Of a stretch of DNA of 64,000 bases, positions 38,047 through 52,800 are shown piece by piece (position 1 is the stretch's first letter; each line of letters begins with the position of its first letter). This stretch comes from Lingula anatina (taxonomy: Eukaryota; Animalia; Brachiopoda), in contig CM120641.1 in NCBI GenBank assembly GCA_051362555.1, forward strand, positions 41,608,401-41,672,400, read 5' to 3'. The notes below the pieces were generated by a model. It made no database searches. It saw only the letters and a list, made by a program, of their open reading frames with translations, and had not been told where the DNA came from. The position numbers and the translations under genes are program-made.

Positions 38047-41000
38047 ATACACACATAACACACACCCACACAACAAATGGAGAGGTATTTATTCTTACAT
38101 TTCTTATTTTTATTTTACCTTGAACGATATTAGGTCTTTATAATTACATATTTCTTATATTTATTCTACCTTAAACGATATTAGGCCTAGGGTGTTTGGC
38201 AAAGAGTCAACCGGGCTGATTACCTTTCCAAACGTTCTTGCCAGGGTATTTTAATTAAAATCAAATTTGGCAACCGAAGTATGATTATCCTATTGAGGAA
38301 CTATAGACGATGATTACTGACTTCGTTAAGTATTGGATTGAATCGGTCACCACAATGTTGTTATTATTTGTCAGGGAAAGCAGATCTGTATCTTTAGTCG
38401 TTTTAAACAAATCGAATCTCAAGGGACCCATGTTTTAATCTTATTTCTTTTTTAATTTAGATCATGTTTCCTTGGTACTTTATCAAATGTTGCATAAGAT
38501 TTACCGTTGCATTAAGGGTCTTAATGTGCAAGTTTTGGCAAATCTTAGTAGTCTCTAGGTCGTCTACAGCACGATCATTTATCTGCATTATTCACGAATC
38601 GCCCTTAAAATTCCATACGTTTTCATACATGTAGAGGCATATTGGATTCTTCTACAGACTGCCATTAGACATTCTGATCTAATAACTGTGTAAAGTGATC
38701 AAACATCATTAAGTTTGACATTTAACGTAAACGAAAAAAACTCAGCCGCTTATAAAGTTTACGTGCCATGCAATTTGCGATCTTTGATTAACTTTGTCCT
38801 GCATAACATGGCAAGATCTCTCCTTGCCTTGTTTTACGGTGGCATTTCGTGGCCATTTTACTAGCCGAAGCATCATGTTCTAGCAAAGTAAGAGATGTCT
38901 TTTGAAAAGACTGACGCATATGCGGCTCTGAATCTTTACCGTGTATCGCTGCATGACAATTAAGCTTCTGTCTGAAATTGGATTGATTGCTATCTTGACC
39001 CCCCCCCCCCCCCCACACACACACACACACACACCATCACCACCATCACCATCCTCTCACTTCGTTTCATGGTTATAACTGAAAGCGACATTTGAGTCAG
39101 GTTTTTCGGTGTGTAAGACGGGTGCATGTCACATACCGACAGTGTAGACCATATTGCAGATAACATTCCTCTTATGTAACGATAGAAATCCAAATGCAAG
39201 GGCATGTCAGTTTCATGGCCACTTCTCTTAAAACTCTATCTGGGTCGCGTCTGGAGATATACACTTTCGACAGAGTAACTTGTGAAATAAGAGAATGAAA
39301 GATGACAGGATTCTTCGAGTAATAGATGACCGGTGATTGTTACAGTACACGCTACCGGTTGACGGTTGAGGGGGAGGGGGAGTAAAAAGCGGGGCGGGGG
39401 ATGGTTTTGTCGCACACGTTTACAGTTACCGACTACGATCAAAACGTAAATTGTGTGCAACCTGTAAAAGAAAATATATATCAAAAGCCCCTTTCCAATT
39501 TTAAGGAATCTGGAAAGAGCAGGTAAATATGCCTGTTGTACATCGAGCAGATTGGTACACGTGCACCTTTTACAGCGTGCTTACTGCACACCTTCACTGC
39601 ACGCATGAGTTCAGGTCGACCTTCAGGACATCAAGGATAACCCTACTCGTACGAATACGCTGTAACAGAGTCATTGCATGACCACCAGTCCCATTTGTAT
39701 TATGTATACATGACTAGGATTTGTTGATTGGATAGCAAATACTCTTTTATTCACAAGTGCGTGCAGCTTATTAGTTTGGAATTCCTGTCTCGACTATCTT
39801 TAAATCCATTGATTAGGCCAAAATGTGCATGCGAGTCAGTGAATGTCCTTTCCCTACATGTAAATGCCTGTTTGTCCTGTGAGGAAAATTAGGAAAATTG
39901 TTGAAAAGTCTTTAACTTTTTTAAGAGGGATAATTTCATACAGAATGTTCGTAAACAAATGAATAATGTTTTTTATTTTATATTGATCACACAGGCGACG
40001 GGCTCCCCCCCTCTTCAACTCCCCCCATCCCCACCCTAAATTTTAATCATAGTTTTTTATTTATCAGTCGCCTTGACAAAAAGTTAGGGCATGTTAGGGC
40101 ATACATGGTATTGAAGGTTGGTCATTTGTGTATGACGTAAATGAAGGACTTAATATGAGACTAAGAGTTCAAGGACAGTTAATTATAGAAAACGATGTAT
40201 ATCACAAATTGGGTATAGGAGGTTTTCATAGCAATATCCCATGGAAACGAATTCTTTGATATACTTGCAAACATTCCATTCACTTGTGGGTTAATTTATA
40301 ATCTCCTTCTATACCTTGTTTTTTATTTATTTATCTATTAAATGATAGAGTATGTTATTTTTGGTTGTACATGTATGCAGTTATCTCATTTTTTACTTGG
40401 GGGCGGGGGGTATTGGTAACTGGAGTGGGATTCTTTAGAATACTATCAATTTGCTGAACTCAGTCCCGCAAGTCGTATTGTGCGTATAAAGAATCTTTTT
40501 GATAAAGTGCTCCCTGTGATGGTATGTCTTTCTTGCCTTTACAACTTGTCAAGTCTCGTATTTTACGTCTGTCAACAGGGAGGACACATGTTTAACGGTA
40601 CTTGACACCACATTATTTCACACCAGAGTGCACGTGTTGTGAATTCGTAACTGACGTCAACTTAACTGTACCTGCTGAGGCACGCGCGCGAGCGTGTGGT
40701 ACCCTTTACAAACTACGTAGTCAGGGCTATGATGAATTAGTTAGGCGGAGTTCCTAAGCACGGTATTATACGTGATTCACATATAATTTTCCGCCAAAGA
40801 CTCTAAGAGACAGCTAGGGAAAAAACACAATACAAGGCCGAAGTACTTCACACTTAGTACCACAATTGTATCGTTTTTTGTTTTGGGTAGGGCAATTGTA
40901 CCGTTTAAGTTGAAGATGAAGTATAAATTGTTGAAAATCTCAAGATTTTTATTACATAAAGGTCTATCGCACATGACATGTTTTTAATTTTTATACAAAA

Positions 41001-43271
41001 ATAAAATGTGCTTTTTAGCCGCTAATAAAATTTAAATCTGAAGCAAAACCTATTGTCATTTAAAACAATTTGGGTTTGTTGTAATAGGAGACGAAAACTC
41101 GCACGTTTGTCTTGAAAACGAAGACACCCAGTTTCTATTTCATTACAGCATCATTCCTGAAGCACTAGTAGTTCTATTTCATATAAAGAGACTGGCAAGG
41201 TCTGCTTTCAGAAAGGGTTGTCTTATAACCATCACAGCATCGTGACGTAAGATTTTATACATCATACATTTAACTCCATGCATTTTTCTATTGGATTTAT
41301 AGTGTGTCGTGCCATATTGTAAAGGGACTTTTTATACAATACGGTAACGAGTTAACCAAGCTACCATTTCAGGATACAAGTACATGAACCGGTAGCATTA
41401 TATACCTATACTCCAGTATCTGATGGCTGCATATCTTCCCTTGTACTCCAAGGGGTTTACTTAATAGGAAAGTTTTGTTCCTGACAGGCGTGCAGGACGT
41501 TACAATGCAGTGCACATGGCACTCCTCTTCATTTTAGCGGTTGCTGACATCGAAACTAATTTTATGTTTATTTTACATGTTTAAAAAAAGTTGATTAAGA
41601 GAATCCATTTGGGTTCAACTTGCAATGCACACTCTTTCCGTTAATTGAAAATAGCTGAAACAGTTGTAGCGATGATAGTGTTACAGCATTCGTTTTTAAT
41701 ATGGAAATGTGCTGCACTCGCTTAACTCCAACACTACCTGTAGATACTACAGGTCTACACTGCTGTATGTATTTGATGATATCGTATCTTTCTTTGTTCG
41801 CCAAGGACTTTTTGATAATATTGCACTTGATAACTGCTGGTTATTTTTGAATAGGATGTATCTCATAACAAGCTGACCAAAGCTCTGGGGAAGGTGTATA
41901 GAAATGGCGATGATCGACACCAGAACAAATGATGTCTCATCGATAATACAAGACCTTGCATAACTGCGATGCAATTTGTCACCGCATGTTATTTCTTCAT
42001 TATGCTTCGAACCACAGTGTATATAATCTACGTGGGGGCACCAGCAAATTGACTAAGGTGATTTCATGAGTTAGCGGAGACTCTGGGATTGATTTAAAGT
42101 GTTTTCCTAACAGTGACCTCAGTTTCACCGTAATAGTGGCTGGGGAGCGTCATGTAACATTCTAATATGTGCACTTTTAACATTTCACGTCTATTACATG
42201 TATCATAAAGCATGGTCGCTACAGTGTTTACTTGGCTGACTTTTATTTTATTTATTTGCTAATTAAATCAAATCAGAGGATATCATATCAAAGTTCCAAG
42301 TGGTCGGACAGACGAGCACATGTATCAGATTAAGTCACTCCATCATGCGACCACAGTGATTATACATATAATGCGTCAGAGTTTTGAAAGTCATTCGGGT
42401 TCCTATATAGTTTGGCTATCAATAGTTTATTACTAGTTTGAGACATACATAGTCTAAGCACGCCTAATGGCTAGCATAAAATATATGCCCTTATTGCACG
42501 TTCAATGAAAACCACGAAACAATTATAACATAGGTCTGCCTGTAACATTCTCATGTTGAAGCAGCCGACGGCCATTGCCTTTCAATTATAGCCACCCAAC
42601 ATATTGTATTTGTTCAATTTCTTACTCCAAGCGATACTATTACTACATGCTATCATCCTTAACGAATCGAATATGTCAATCACTGGTGCAAAGCCTTTCA
42701 GTCATTCAAACTAAACGAAAACGGAAAAGCCTAGATAAACTACAATGAGAGCGACAGAATTAGACGATCGAGTTGCGCGTAAATTTGCCATAGGGTACCA
42801 TTAAAAAACGATCGCCTGCCAAATGGAACAAAGACATTTCCCTCAGAATAGAAATCGTCTCCACTTAATGCTATTGAATCAATGTCTCACGCTGGTTAAA
42901 AATTGCACTTGTACCTGGCTTGATAAAAACAAACATTTCAATGGTTTGGAAGGCAGGGCCGGAAGTTCGGTTATTCAGTAAAAAGGAGCAATGCAGGCGT
43001 AACAAACAGAACATTTACTTGGAACTTAATATGTTATGCTTCTCATTTAATATCAGCGGTTAAATTGTCCTGTTTCTTTTTACCCTTGTCTCCCTACCCT
43101 AGAATGATGCTTTTACTAATGGCTACTACATTAGTATGCTGGTGGGATCAAGCTTTGTTTCATATTTTTGGCGGGAGCGCCCGAAAACATGCCAAGACAG
43201 TCATTAATTAATAACATAATATCAACCAATACAATCATCTCTAAAGACAGATCTACTGTGTCCTAATAGTC

Positions 43272-43498
43272 TTTCATTTCCTCCGCTGAGGGGTTTATGT
43301 CTTGGGTTCCGTTTTTCTGTTTGTCTGTAAGAAACACAATAACAAACAAAAAAGTTCATGGCTAATTTTGGTAAAATTTTCAGAAACTGTCGAAAGGGGA
43401 CCAAGTAACAACAAGATCCTGTTAATTTGTTTATTAATAATAAAGAGAAATGAACTGCCTTGGCGGAGGTCTACGCTCTCTGACTGCTTCTTTCAGTT
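43272..43498 (+). mobile_element. HINE/DINE-1-like element, third copy
   Basis: TTCCTCCGCTGAGGGGTTTATG ... GTTTGTCTGT ... CCTTGGCGGAGGTCTACGCTCTCTGACTGC ... CAGTT, homologous to 16446-16732. Confidence 0.7.
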
Positions 43499-43907
43499 AA
43501 ACAATGTAACAGTCTCATTATTGTTTCTCATCCAGTGTTCGAGTTTTTCATTTATTTCTCGTCTGGTTTATCTTCCGATAAGAAAGTGACGAACACAATG
43601 CATTATGTTCTTTCCTGGACAAACGTATAAAGAAAAGCAAGGCTTGTAAATCGTTATGAAAGCTCTATTTCAGTGTTAGGCTCATAGGGTACAGTATTGG
43701 AGAACGTACATGTAACGCTCGGCAATAAGCGGGAACTGAACTGGACTGATTGATTTCTTGTCCCTCACCTACCTTTGTATTAATTCAGCACTTCATCTAG
43801 TGAGAAAGAATTGCAGTGTCAGTTTACAAGAACATTTCTATTATAACCACGCAACAGGCCTAAACACACTAACGTAGGGCATACAGTACTGGTACTCTAT
43901 ATTAGAG

Positions 43908-44074
43908 CAGGGCCGTAGCCTCCGGGGGGCAGGGGGGGGGGGGGGGCAGCTGCCCCCCCTGGAATTTGGAATTTTACACACCACACCCTCCCCCCTCGGT
44001 AGCTTGGCCCCCTCGTGTCCGCTTACTGCCCCCCCCCCCCCCCCCCCTGGCATTTTGCTCAGGCTACGGCCCTG
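43908..44074. mobile_element. G/C-run-rich MITE (CAGGGCCGTAGCC TIR)
   Basis: Perfect 13-bp TIR CAGGGCCGTAGCC / GGCTACGGCCCTG with a TAGAG 5-bp duplication on both sides. Confidence 0.8.
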
Positions 44075-47000
44075 TAGAGGCCAATTAAATGATGACAATT
44101 CCATACAAAAATTCTCACGGTAGAGAAAAGCAGCCTGCTTTTCAAAACCAAAAACACGTCGGTGGAATATATCATATTATCATAGAAAATGTGGAGCAAA
44201 CCATTTTTTAAGCGAAGGGATAATTAATCCAATGGGACTTAATTTGCAGCATAATACGTAGCTGGCAGTGTTCCCACTGAGGGTTATATTACTCATATCG
44301 CTGCCGTATTGTGCCGTAATTGTTAAGGGACCCGATGCCAATCTCCATGTACGACTTGAAGATCGGAGCGCGATCGGCTGCGCTATGTGGCGTCAAGCCG
44401 ATGATCATTGAGTACAGTGCCTAATCAGAGTTATTAAATGCAATTACCGTAGATGATTGCTTTAAAACGGTGCATTAAGCGAGTGTGAGGATAGAGCCTA
44501 CTAAGAGAGAGAGAGAGAGAGAGAGAAGGAGGGGCGGGTCAAGGACGTGCCCTGCTTACTCAGTATTACGTGCAACGATTTCTTCATTGCTCTGATAATT
44601 ACGTACCAATCGCATTGGTGTTGTAATATCCATGTTTTAATCAAGATTACCTTTCAGCATTGGGAATGCAGCCAGATAAAGTAGGAGAAAGGTGTGATGG
44701 ATAATGAAAGGTTTTTAGATTAAAATATTGTAGAAAGGAACGTTCTGTTATTGCCCATAGAACCACAAGTGCTTTAGCTCAAGTATCCAATTTTTACGTG
44801 AGCAGTAATGCACAGTTCAAAGCCTTGTTTTAATTGTCTTCGGAATTGCCTTTTTGACGAACACAGAATTTATTTTACGAGGGAAACGGCCTTGACCTTG
44901 TGATGGGAGTTGCGCTGATACATTGTCCCTAGTAACTTACAAATACAGTCTTTTATTTATTTAATAAGAGTGGATCCATTAATGTCAATGGTGCACGTGT
45001 TGCCGATTTTAAACCCCTCGTGTCTGGAAAATATTTGAAAAGATCGATTTGCAATTTCCTCAGTTTACTTTATTATTTATCTTTCTCCAACTTTGTGCTT
45101 TTCTTATTTTACTAAGTCAAGAAAGATTTGCTTTATTCGTTGAGTTGATTACCAACTCTTGTCCGCAGTTTCGTAATTCGACTTTTGACGCAAACCTTGT
45201 AAGGTCCTTGTTGCAATCTCTTTTGTGACGAACCCATTATCCTCGCTGGCAGCAATCTTAGTTCAGAACTTAATCGCTACGGTTTCTAGATTGTCTCCCA
45301 GAATAAATGCACTGTGCGTGGGGTACCAGTATATATGCCGTATGCTTTGTTTCAGTTTATGCACACTAATACAAGTTGATGTCGTACATATTTGTATATT
45401 TTGTACACAACATGGGTTTTTTATGTTGATAAACAGTGCAGAATAGCTAAGCATGTATGTTTACAGATGGCATCAATTCTTTGTAACCTACTCAACAAAG
45501 ATGCACTATATATATAATATTTTAGTTCTATTTTATGTAACATTACTATGATAAAATACTTGGCGGAGACAACTTTGTTCAGAGATCAATGTTTTTTATC
45601 TCATGTGTTAGCTTTTGTTCTGGAAATAATGACCGCGTGTTTTAACACGATAAAATACCAGTTCGTGTAAATATTCCAATAGCGAGTATCTGTATTTGAT
45701 ATCCATAGAAGCTGTATTTGTAAGTCATGAGGTTTAATGTTTGGTATTCAAATAGTATGCATTCAGTTGTATCGAACAGTCATGGGACTTAATTTTGATA
45801 ATGATGGGATAAGCGTAATCAGTGGTCATTACGTCCTGAATATCACTGCAAAAATAGAATACATCTCCATTTGGTCTTAAACACTCGCCTGTGTTTTGCG
45901 GCGAAAAAACCGTCCGTGTGTTCTCATTTAATAGTTAACCGCAATGCCCGCCATGGTAGCTCCATGCAACGACAAACTGTTTCGAACCACCTGATTGGTT
46001 AGAAGTGTCCAACAAAGGTTTAACCGTGCGCTATGAGCAAGAATGTAATTATCCCATCCAATTTTTCGCATCTAAAACAACATGTATTGTGCGTGTGTTT
46101 CTCTTTATTGGCTTGAACTCGTGAGTTTATCATTTGGAAATTGAAGACGCCACATCGATATCTTATTTTTCATTATTTCGTTGAAATGAAAAAGGGAACT
46201 GCCCTCAGCCCCATTGAGTCAGGTAATATTAAGACCTAGGGAGTGATCAAGTATGAAATGTATTCTGACAAGAATATGTTGTCATTTTCCAGATAACCTT
46301 TAACTCATGATCCAGACTAGAGATCCAATGTGTGGCTGGCTATCCCTGGAACATCGTATTCACAATGCACAAACCAATAGCATCTTTATGTGTGTTGTTT
46401 AGTGTGTCTTTTTAGTGGGTATTTGTACATGTGTGCGCGCGCGCGTGTCTGCTGTCGCATTTTTGAGTATGCCTGCGGTTGCACACGTGCGTGTGCTTAT
46501 TGCATGTACAGGGTCACGGGTGGCGGGGAAAGGTACAGGTGGATTTAAAAAAATTGAATCTTTATGTGACATTATTCTTTTCTTTTCGCCCAGACCATTA
46601 GATGCCTGTTACTTTTCCTTCAGGCAGCGTCTAGGTGACTACAAGTACAACAGACGTTACAAATAACCTTCGTGTATGCAATGTACAGGCAGGCCTTCAA
46701 CACCCCCCCCCCCCTTCTCCTTTACCATGGTAACATTTCCTTGGCCTACTGGTCTGGTGTATTTATAAGACAAAAGATCCCTACGAGTACGCACGTGCAT
46801 CTGAATGCACATTATGCACGCTGTATACAGTACCTGCCACCGCATCTCGTGCTCACCACTGTTTCATCAGACCTATATATATATATATACCGCCACTTGA
46901 ACGCTCGCCATGACACAGGTTTCTTAATTTCCCAGAAAAAAAAAACAGGAAAGGTCAGCGCGCCATTAGGGCAAAAAATATATCGATCTCTGAGGAATCA

Positions 47001-49444
47001 AATGTCAGTTCAATTATATCCTATTGTTTTCTGAGAACTAATTGATGCAAGTGAGCAGAAATGAGCGGTGATCACAGGAAAGTACGTAGGCTTTATCTGC
47101 GGGTCGCAGATTAATTACTACAATGAATTTTCAAGGCAGATATGGCAGGTATCCAGCGCCTACACTGTACCCAGACAATAGTGGATTTATGGAGGAGGGG
47201 AGATACAGGGGGACATTTCACTTGGCCTCCCTTAGCTTCGGAAATATAGGTGTCCTCTTCTCCCCCTTTTCCCGACAAACAAGCAAAACTAGTCAAACCA
47301 ATGATTTTGTCATCCCTGTGCCTTACATTACATACTTCATGTGTTTTTACATGCTATGAAATATTTTCTTATTTGATATTGAAGACGTTCCTTTATTCTT
47401 GTGACCCCCCCCCCTCCCAGGGCCAGATAACGTCTTGTTGACAGAATGCTGATCCAAACTTTCCCGACACCGACACGTCTTTTACATTGTACATGTACTT
47501 CCCTCCAGGTCAGCACGATCATTGCTTCATCCATGCCGCTCATTCCTGCATTTTTTTCTCATTTTTTATTCTTCCTGTATCAGAAGAGCGTAGGTGTGCT
47601 TTAATGAGAGATGTGGTTTTTATGTATCACTGTGCTGGGGAAACCTGAGATTATGCAGCATATACAGACCAGGGAGCATATACACAGTATAGGGGCTAGG
47701 TATAGCTAGGCCTGCAGCTGGCAATCCATTCGTTCACACACGTCAGGGTGCAGCATAGTTCACTTCTCTTAATTCACCGGAGAGAACATGGGATTTGGAG
47801 TCAGCAGAGCATCACCCGCCAAAACATCAAGTAACTGAGCGTCCGTGTACAGATGGCGTATAGATCGTTCATTAACGTAAAAAATACTAAAAGGTTAAAG
47901 AATATGTTAGTGAAAGGAGAACACTTGTCGAAGGGCGTGCGGAAAGGAGGAGCAACGGGGATATTCCATCAACTGTTTTCAGTAAGACGGTTGTTAGTAT
48001 ACACTCAATGGCGCCTTGATTCGCCTGTCAGTATGGCTGTCTGGTCAGATGTTCTAAAATAGAAATCAAAATGTTCTAAAATAGAAATCAAACATGAAGC
48101 GCCAGCGTCTGTTGTCCGTCGCCTTAACCCGTCCACCGTTTTTTTTTTTCTTTTTTTTTTTTTTTAGAAACCCTTGCACCTGCAGCATCGAGATGAGGTC
48201 TTGTATGATGAACGGCAATAACTTACTTGTTTAATATTTTTAAAGCCTTTAAAAATGCTTTATAAAAAACGGCTATTTTGTTTCCCGAAGAGAGTGTTCA
48301 TACTGACTGTAACCGTTGTATGTCAAAAGTTTATTAGATTGCTTTACAAATAAGGGTTGCGAATCAAGTTTGAGATATTAGAATCTGATGCCTATTTGGA
48401 AAGACTATCTATCGTGGGTCATCTAATATCTCTATTTTTGTATTCATTAGCCTAAAAATCTTTGTAACTTGTCATATGTAGTAAATTGCACCGGAAAAAG
48501 CAACTTTTTCTTGGATATGTCTTATTCATCAACCTCAAAGATGTAATGCATGGCCGTTTTTATGATTCCATGATTTTTTAAAGAGTGATTTGGTTTATCT
48601 TGGTTTACATCTTATGTTGATTTGGTCCACAATTGTATTTTGTTCCCCACAGAGTTAGAGTTCTATAGGTGGAAGCCCCATAAGATGCGCCAATGCTCTG
48701 TTTGTGTTTTTAAAAAAAGCGTTCGTTATTTAATTGCGGAATGGTCGTGAAAGGGCAGCTAATTTATCAAGAGATAGGCTTACACCATTGGGGAATACAC
48801 ACATCAAAACCCATTCACTACACAGATAGATCATAACGTTAATGGGGTTCCGTAGTTTCTCGTACGATAAAAAGTGTTGTAATGGCATGCTTTCTGAACT
48901 GATTATGCTCAGCGCAAAGTAACCGTGTCTCCTATACTAACTGTATGCCGTACGTTTTTTTTTTTTTTCTTTTTTTTTTTTTTTATAAATGTACCACCTC
49001 AATATTTCGTTTTTAAGTTTAATTACGGATACGTTTTGTCGTGAAGTGAATTACACCTACTCAATTGATACGCTCATAGGCCTACATGTAGCTTATCAGT
49101 GACCCCGTTGAACTAACGCGAACTACAACATCTTAGGCGGTTTTGAAACAGGCTTAAAATACATAAAACTAATTGAATTAACGATAAACGTGATCAAATC
49201 ACTTTGTATAACATAAGCTAAAGGGCGCACTTCTTCTTAAAGTAAACTCACAAAACTGGATGCTATAAAACACAACGCTACTTTTGTGATTGCGCTCGGG
49301 GGACTTGTTATATATACCGGTACATGTCCCCCGCGAGCTTCGACTCTCACCCCAAAATCTCACTCACGATAACTGAAGTACTAGATAACAAGGGTCAGCG
49401 GGGAATTCTGTCACAGATTACCCCGCCCTTTTTTACCTTAGACA

Positions 49445-49489
<45 letters not shown>

Positions 49490-49491
49490 TT

Positions 49492-49541
<50 letters not shown>
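49445..49541. repeat. Compound (TC)n(TG)n microsatellite
   Basis: Read directly from the sequence. Confidence 0.9.
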
Positions 49542-49673
49542 CAAGTTAGATTTCATCGATAAAAGAAAAGCCACCCAAACATTTCATGTTTTTCCTCGAA
49601 ATTTATCTACAGTTATTTTACTTTGAAAATAAAATATTTAAAATTAAAATGTCCGTCTTTTCTATACTCAATG

Positions 49674-49813
49674 CTGATGTGACAGGAATGGTAATCCTGG
49701 GATTGGAAGTTTTGGTCCCAGTATGATTACTACAAGCTATGGTTATAGCCGGAAAAATCGGGGTCAGTATATGGGACGCGTGTCCCTAGCGGGTTGCTGT
49801 TTCTGTCACACTG
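49674..49813. mobile_element. MITE of the same family as 15452-15726, internally deleted copy
   Basis: Ends TGTGACAGGAATGGTA ... TTCTGTCACA. Shares GGA.TGGAAGT, TATGATTA.TACA and GGGGT.AGTATATGGGACG blocks with copy 1. Confidence 0.6.
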
Positions 49814-52800
49814 TAATTAGACATTTTGTAATCTCTTGAATGAAGTAGTCCATACGGTCTGTTAAGAAAATACGCTTAAAAATAGCCGTTATTCCATTTT
49901 GTGAATGTAAAATATTTGGAGTGTTATAAATCCCAAATGTCCCCAATTAAATCAAAAGCTATAAACATAAATCACACTGGCAGTTATGGAAATGGTTCGA
50001 AACGATATTGAGGGACGCCTTATAGACTAAAGCCTCCTTCCAGATGACTGCTACAGCCTCTTTTCAGTCATTGTCCACCTCTTCAATGTGGATGAAAAAA
50101 CCTCTCCTGTAGCATCAAGGTTATATATTATAACATTCTGGACAATTACTTGTGCATGAATATACAAATTATCTTCATTTGCTAAAACACTATCCTGTTT
50201 GTAATGCACAACTGAAGGACCTACCGATCCAAGAAAGTGTGTTATTAAAGTGTGAACACCATTATAGACAAATAAAATGTTAGCATGTATATTTCAGAAT
50301 ACTGGGCGGGTCTATTCTTGGAATACTTCATTTTGACCCTCTGCGTCTGAAAAATGCCTTTTTTTATCAATATGAAAATAAACACCCATTTTATATGTTT
50401 CGGTGGGAAGGAATTCCTCAGAATTGTTACCCGACTTATTTCCCACTTTTTTTCTTAGACTTGATGACCGCATTGTCTCTTTGACTTGTTGACAAATAAA
50501 AATGCTTTTTAATGATCACCATAAGAATGCTACAGAGGTTGTTTGGCATAAACTTTTTTGTGCCAGGGGCATGGTCTTAGGGCACTCCGGTACGTCATAT
50601 TGGATAAAATTAGAATTAAGTTACGATTAAAGGGTTAGATTATTTTTTCGTTTTCCACCCGACCGATGAAGAGTCAGCTAAACATGTAGCCGATATTTGC
50701 ATTAAAGATCATATGGTATTACGTTACACCACATTGGGTGTATTTGAATTAGAGATTATAGGACATACTTTATTCATCTACATATGCAAATATAGTAGTT
50801 GTATGGGCTGGTTTAATGTAGACAGACAATGTACTGACATGTACTTGTAGGCTTAGGGAATGTAACGGCTGCTATACACAACATCTCTGATCCCTACCAA
50901 AATCCATTCCATCGATCCAAGCATGGCCCACCGATAATTCGAAATACGTACTTCCAGCGATGTTGATGTATCCCATTTATCAGACGAAAAGAACAGCCAG
51001 GTCAAATTAACGGAACAAAAAACAGACCTTGTTGCAAGTAATGAATATTAGGGATGATAGCTACTTGATAGCTACTGGTACTGTTGTGGAGTATTTCCAC
51101 CAAAAGATAAATCAGTCAAATTGTTTTGGTGTACCCAGTCTTGAGTATTAAAAGCAGTGAAGCGTTCTCTTATCGATCAAACCTAAATCATCTTTCGGAA
51201 CATGATCATTTCATTTGTCTGCAATGACATTCACACTTAAACACGGTTTCTCTGCTTGTCAAGCCCTAACGCCGTGGCTTCATTTTGGATTCCGAATGGT
51301 AGCGCAATGCCGGTCCAGATTAATTATAAATTCCGACATACATGCAACTTGTTATCTTATCGATCAAACCTAAATACTTTTGCGGACACGTATACGTTGT
51401 ATGTGTAAATGACTTCACACTTGTTACAACCCCGCTATTTGCAGTCTTTATCACAAATTATCCTGAAAAATTAGGCCACTCTCGGCAGATACTAGGCCAA
51501 ATTCCACTGTTTTATTTCAGCATCCAAATGAATTGTTTTGGGTGGCCAATTTTTTGGTAAGGTCAATCCAATAGCTAAACTGTTACTGATACCCAGTCGA
51601 TCAGCATCGGGAATAGAGGCAGTAATATAAACCATACCAGTCTTTTATTCATGTATTTTCAAGCCTGATTGCTCTCTAGCTGTTCTTAAAAGCTTTCTCA
51701 TTGTGTCTCAAGGGCTCCCTGTCACGATAACCCGTCAAATTAACTCAATTGATTGGCAGAACTAATGGACCAACCTCGAAGACGATGTTAAAGCTCCGTG
51801 CCTACACAAAGCTCCGGGCCGCCGTTTACATGATTTATCTCATCAGTTCTCCTGCACTGCTAAACCCACCCCTGTCTATACAAAGAAACACACTCAGATA
51901 ATGATAAATCCCATAAACTCTTATGGATCTTATGGAAATAATTGATTATACAATGTAACAAAGAAGTTAATAGAATAAACGTTAGTTTTCGATTCAGTCT
52001 AGGTCTGAGAAAGGTTATCGGTAATTCCTGCCTTGCAAGGATTCGCAACCATGTAATGGATAAGATATCAGTTATCATCCGGCCAAAAATCTCGTTTTGA
52101 CGTCAGATGCGTGCATTTAAAATATGTAGTTATTATTTCAGGAATAACTCCAGATATAGGCAATGTCCAGAAATTGTACATGTAATGGCAAATGTGGATA
52201 TTATTCTTTAAGCAGACCCGACAGGTCCATAAATGACAATAGGAGGCACTAGAGGGCAAGAGAAGAACAATCGGTTGTACGATCTGTTATCATGTCTTCT
52301 GCATTTGTATGCATAGTAAGCTAGAATTTGTTTCCAGGATTGCATAGATTAATCCGAGACAAGTATATCTAGACCATTTCTCTAACGTAACATGTGAATT
52401 TTTCTGTACACAAACTATTTTTTACTCTTACATGCATGTGCGCCTACTCAAACTACCGCCTCAAACATCAAGACAGAAAACAAAGAAGCATCTGACCCTC
52501 TGATTCTGAAATATACTCGCAGGACCTGGCTGTGAGAGATAAGGAATTAGGATGCTTAAGGTGCAATGGTTTATAAAAACGGCCAATACAGTGATCAACG
52601 TGAACAATATACATGTACAACCGATGTTTGATTGTCAAGATGATTCTTTAAGACCTGGCATGATCTGTAGTAGTTTTTACCTAGTGAGATATAGGATTGA
52701 ACAGACCCACAATGTACAGGCCTAAAATTGTTGAGCTGGATAAGATCATTGATAGGTGATATCAGGCTATAAGTTCAACCTTTTTTACCTAGAATAAAAA

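Noticed and set aside
48049-48092. Short local tandem duplications (22 bp here; also about 38095-38190, 24121-24151 and 23677-23704)
   Set aside because: Ordinary slippage duplications with no sign of function.
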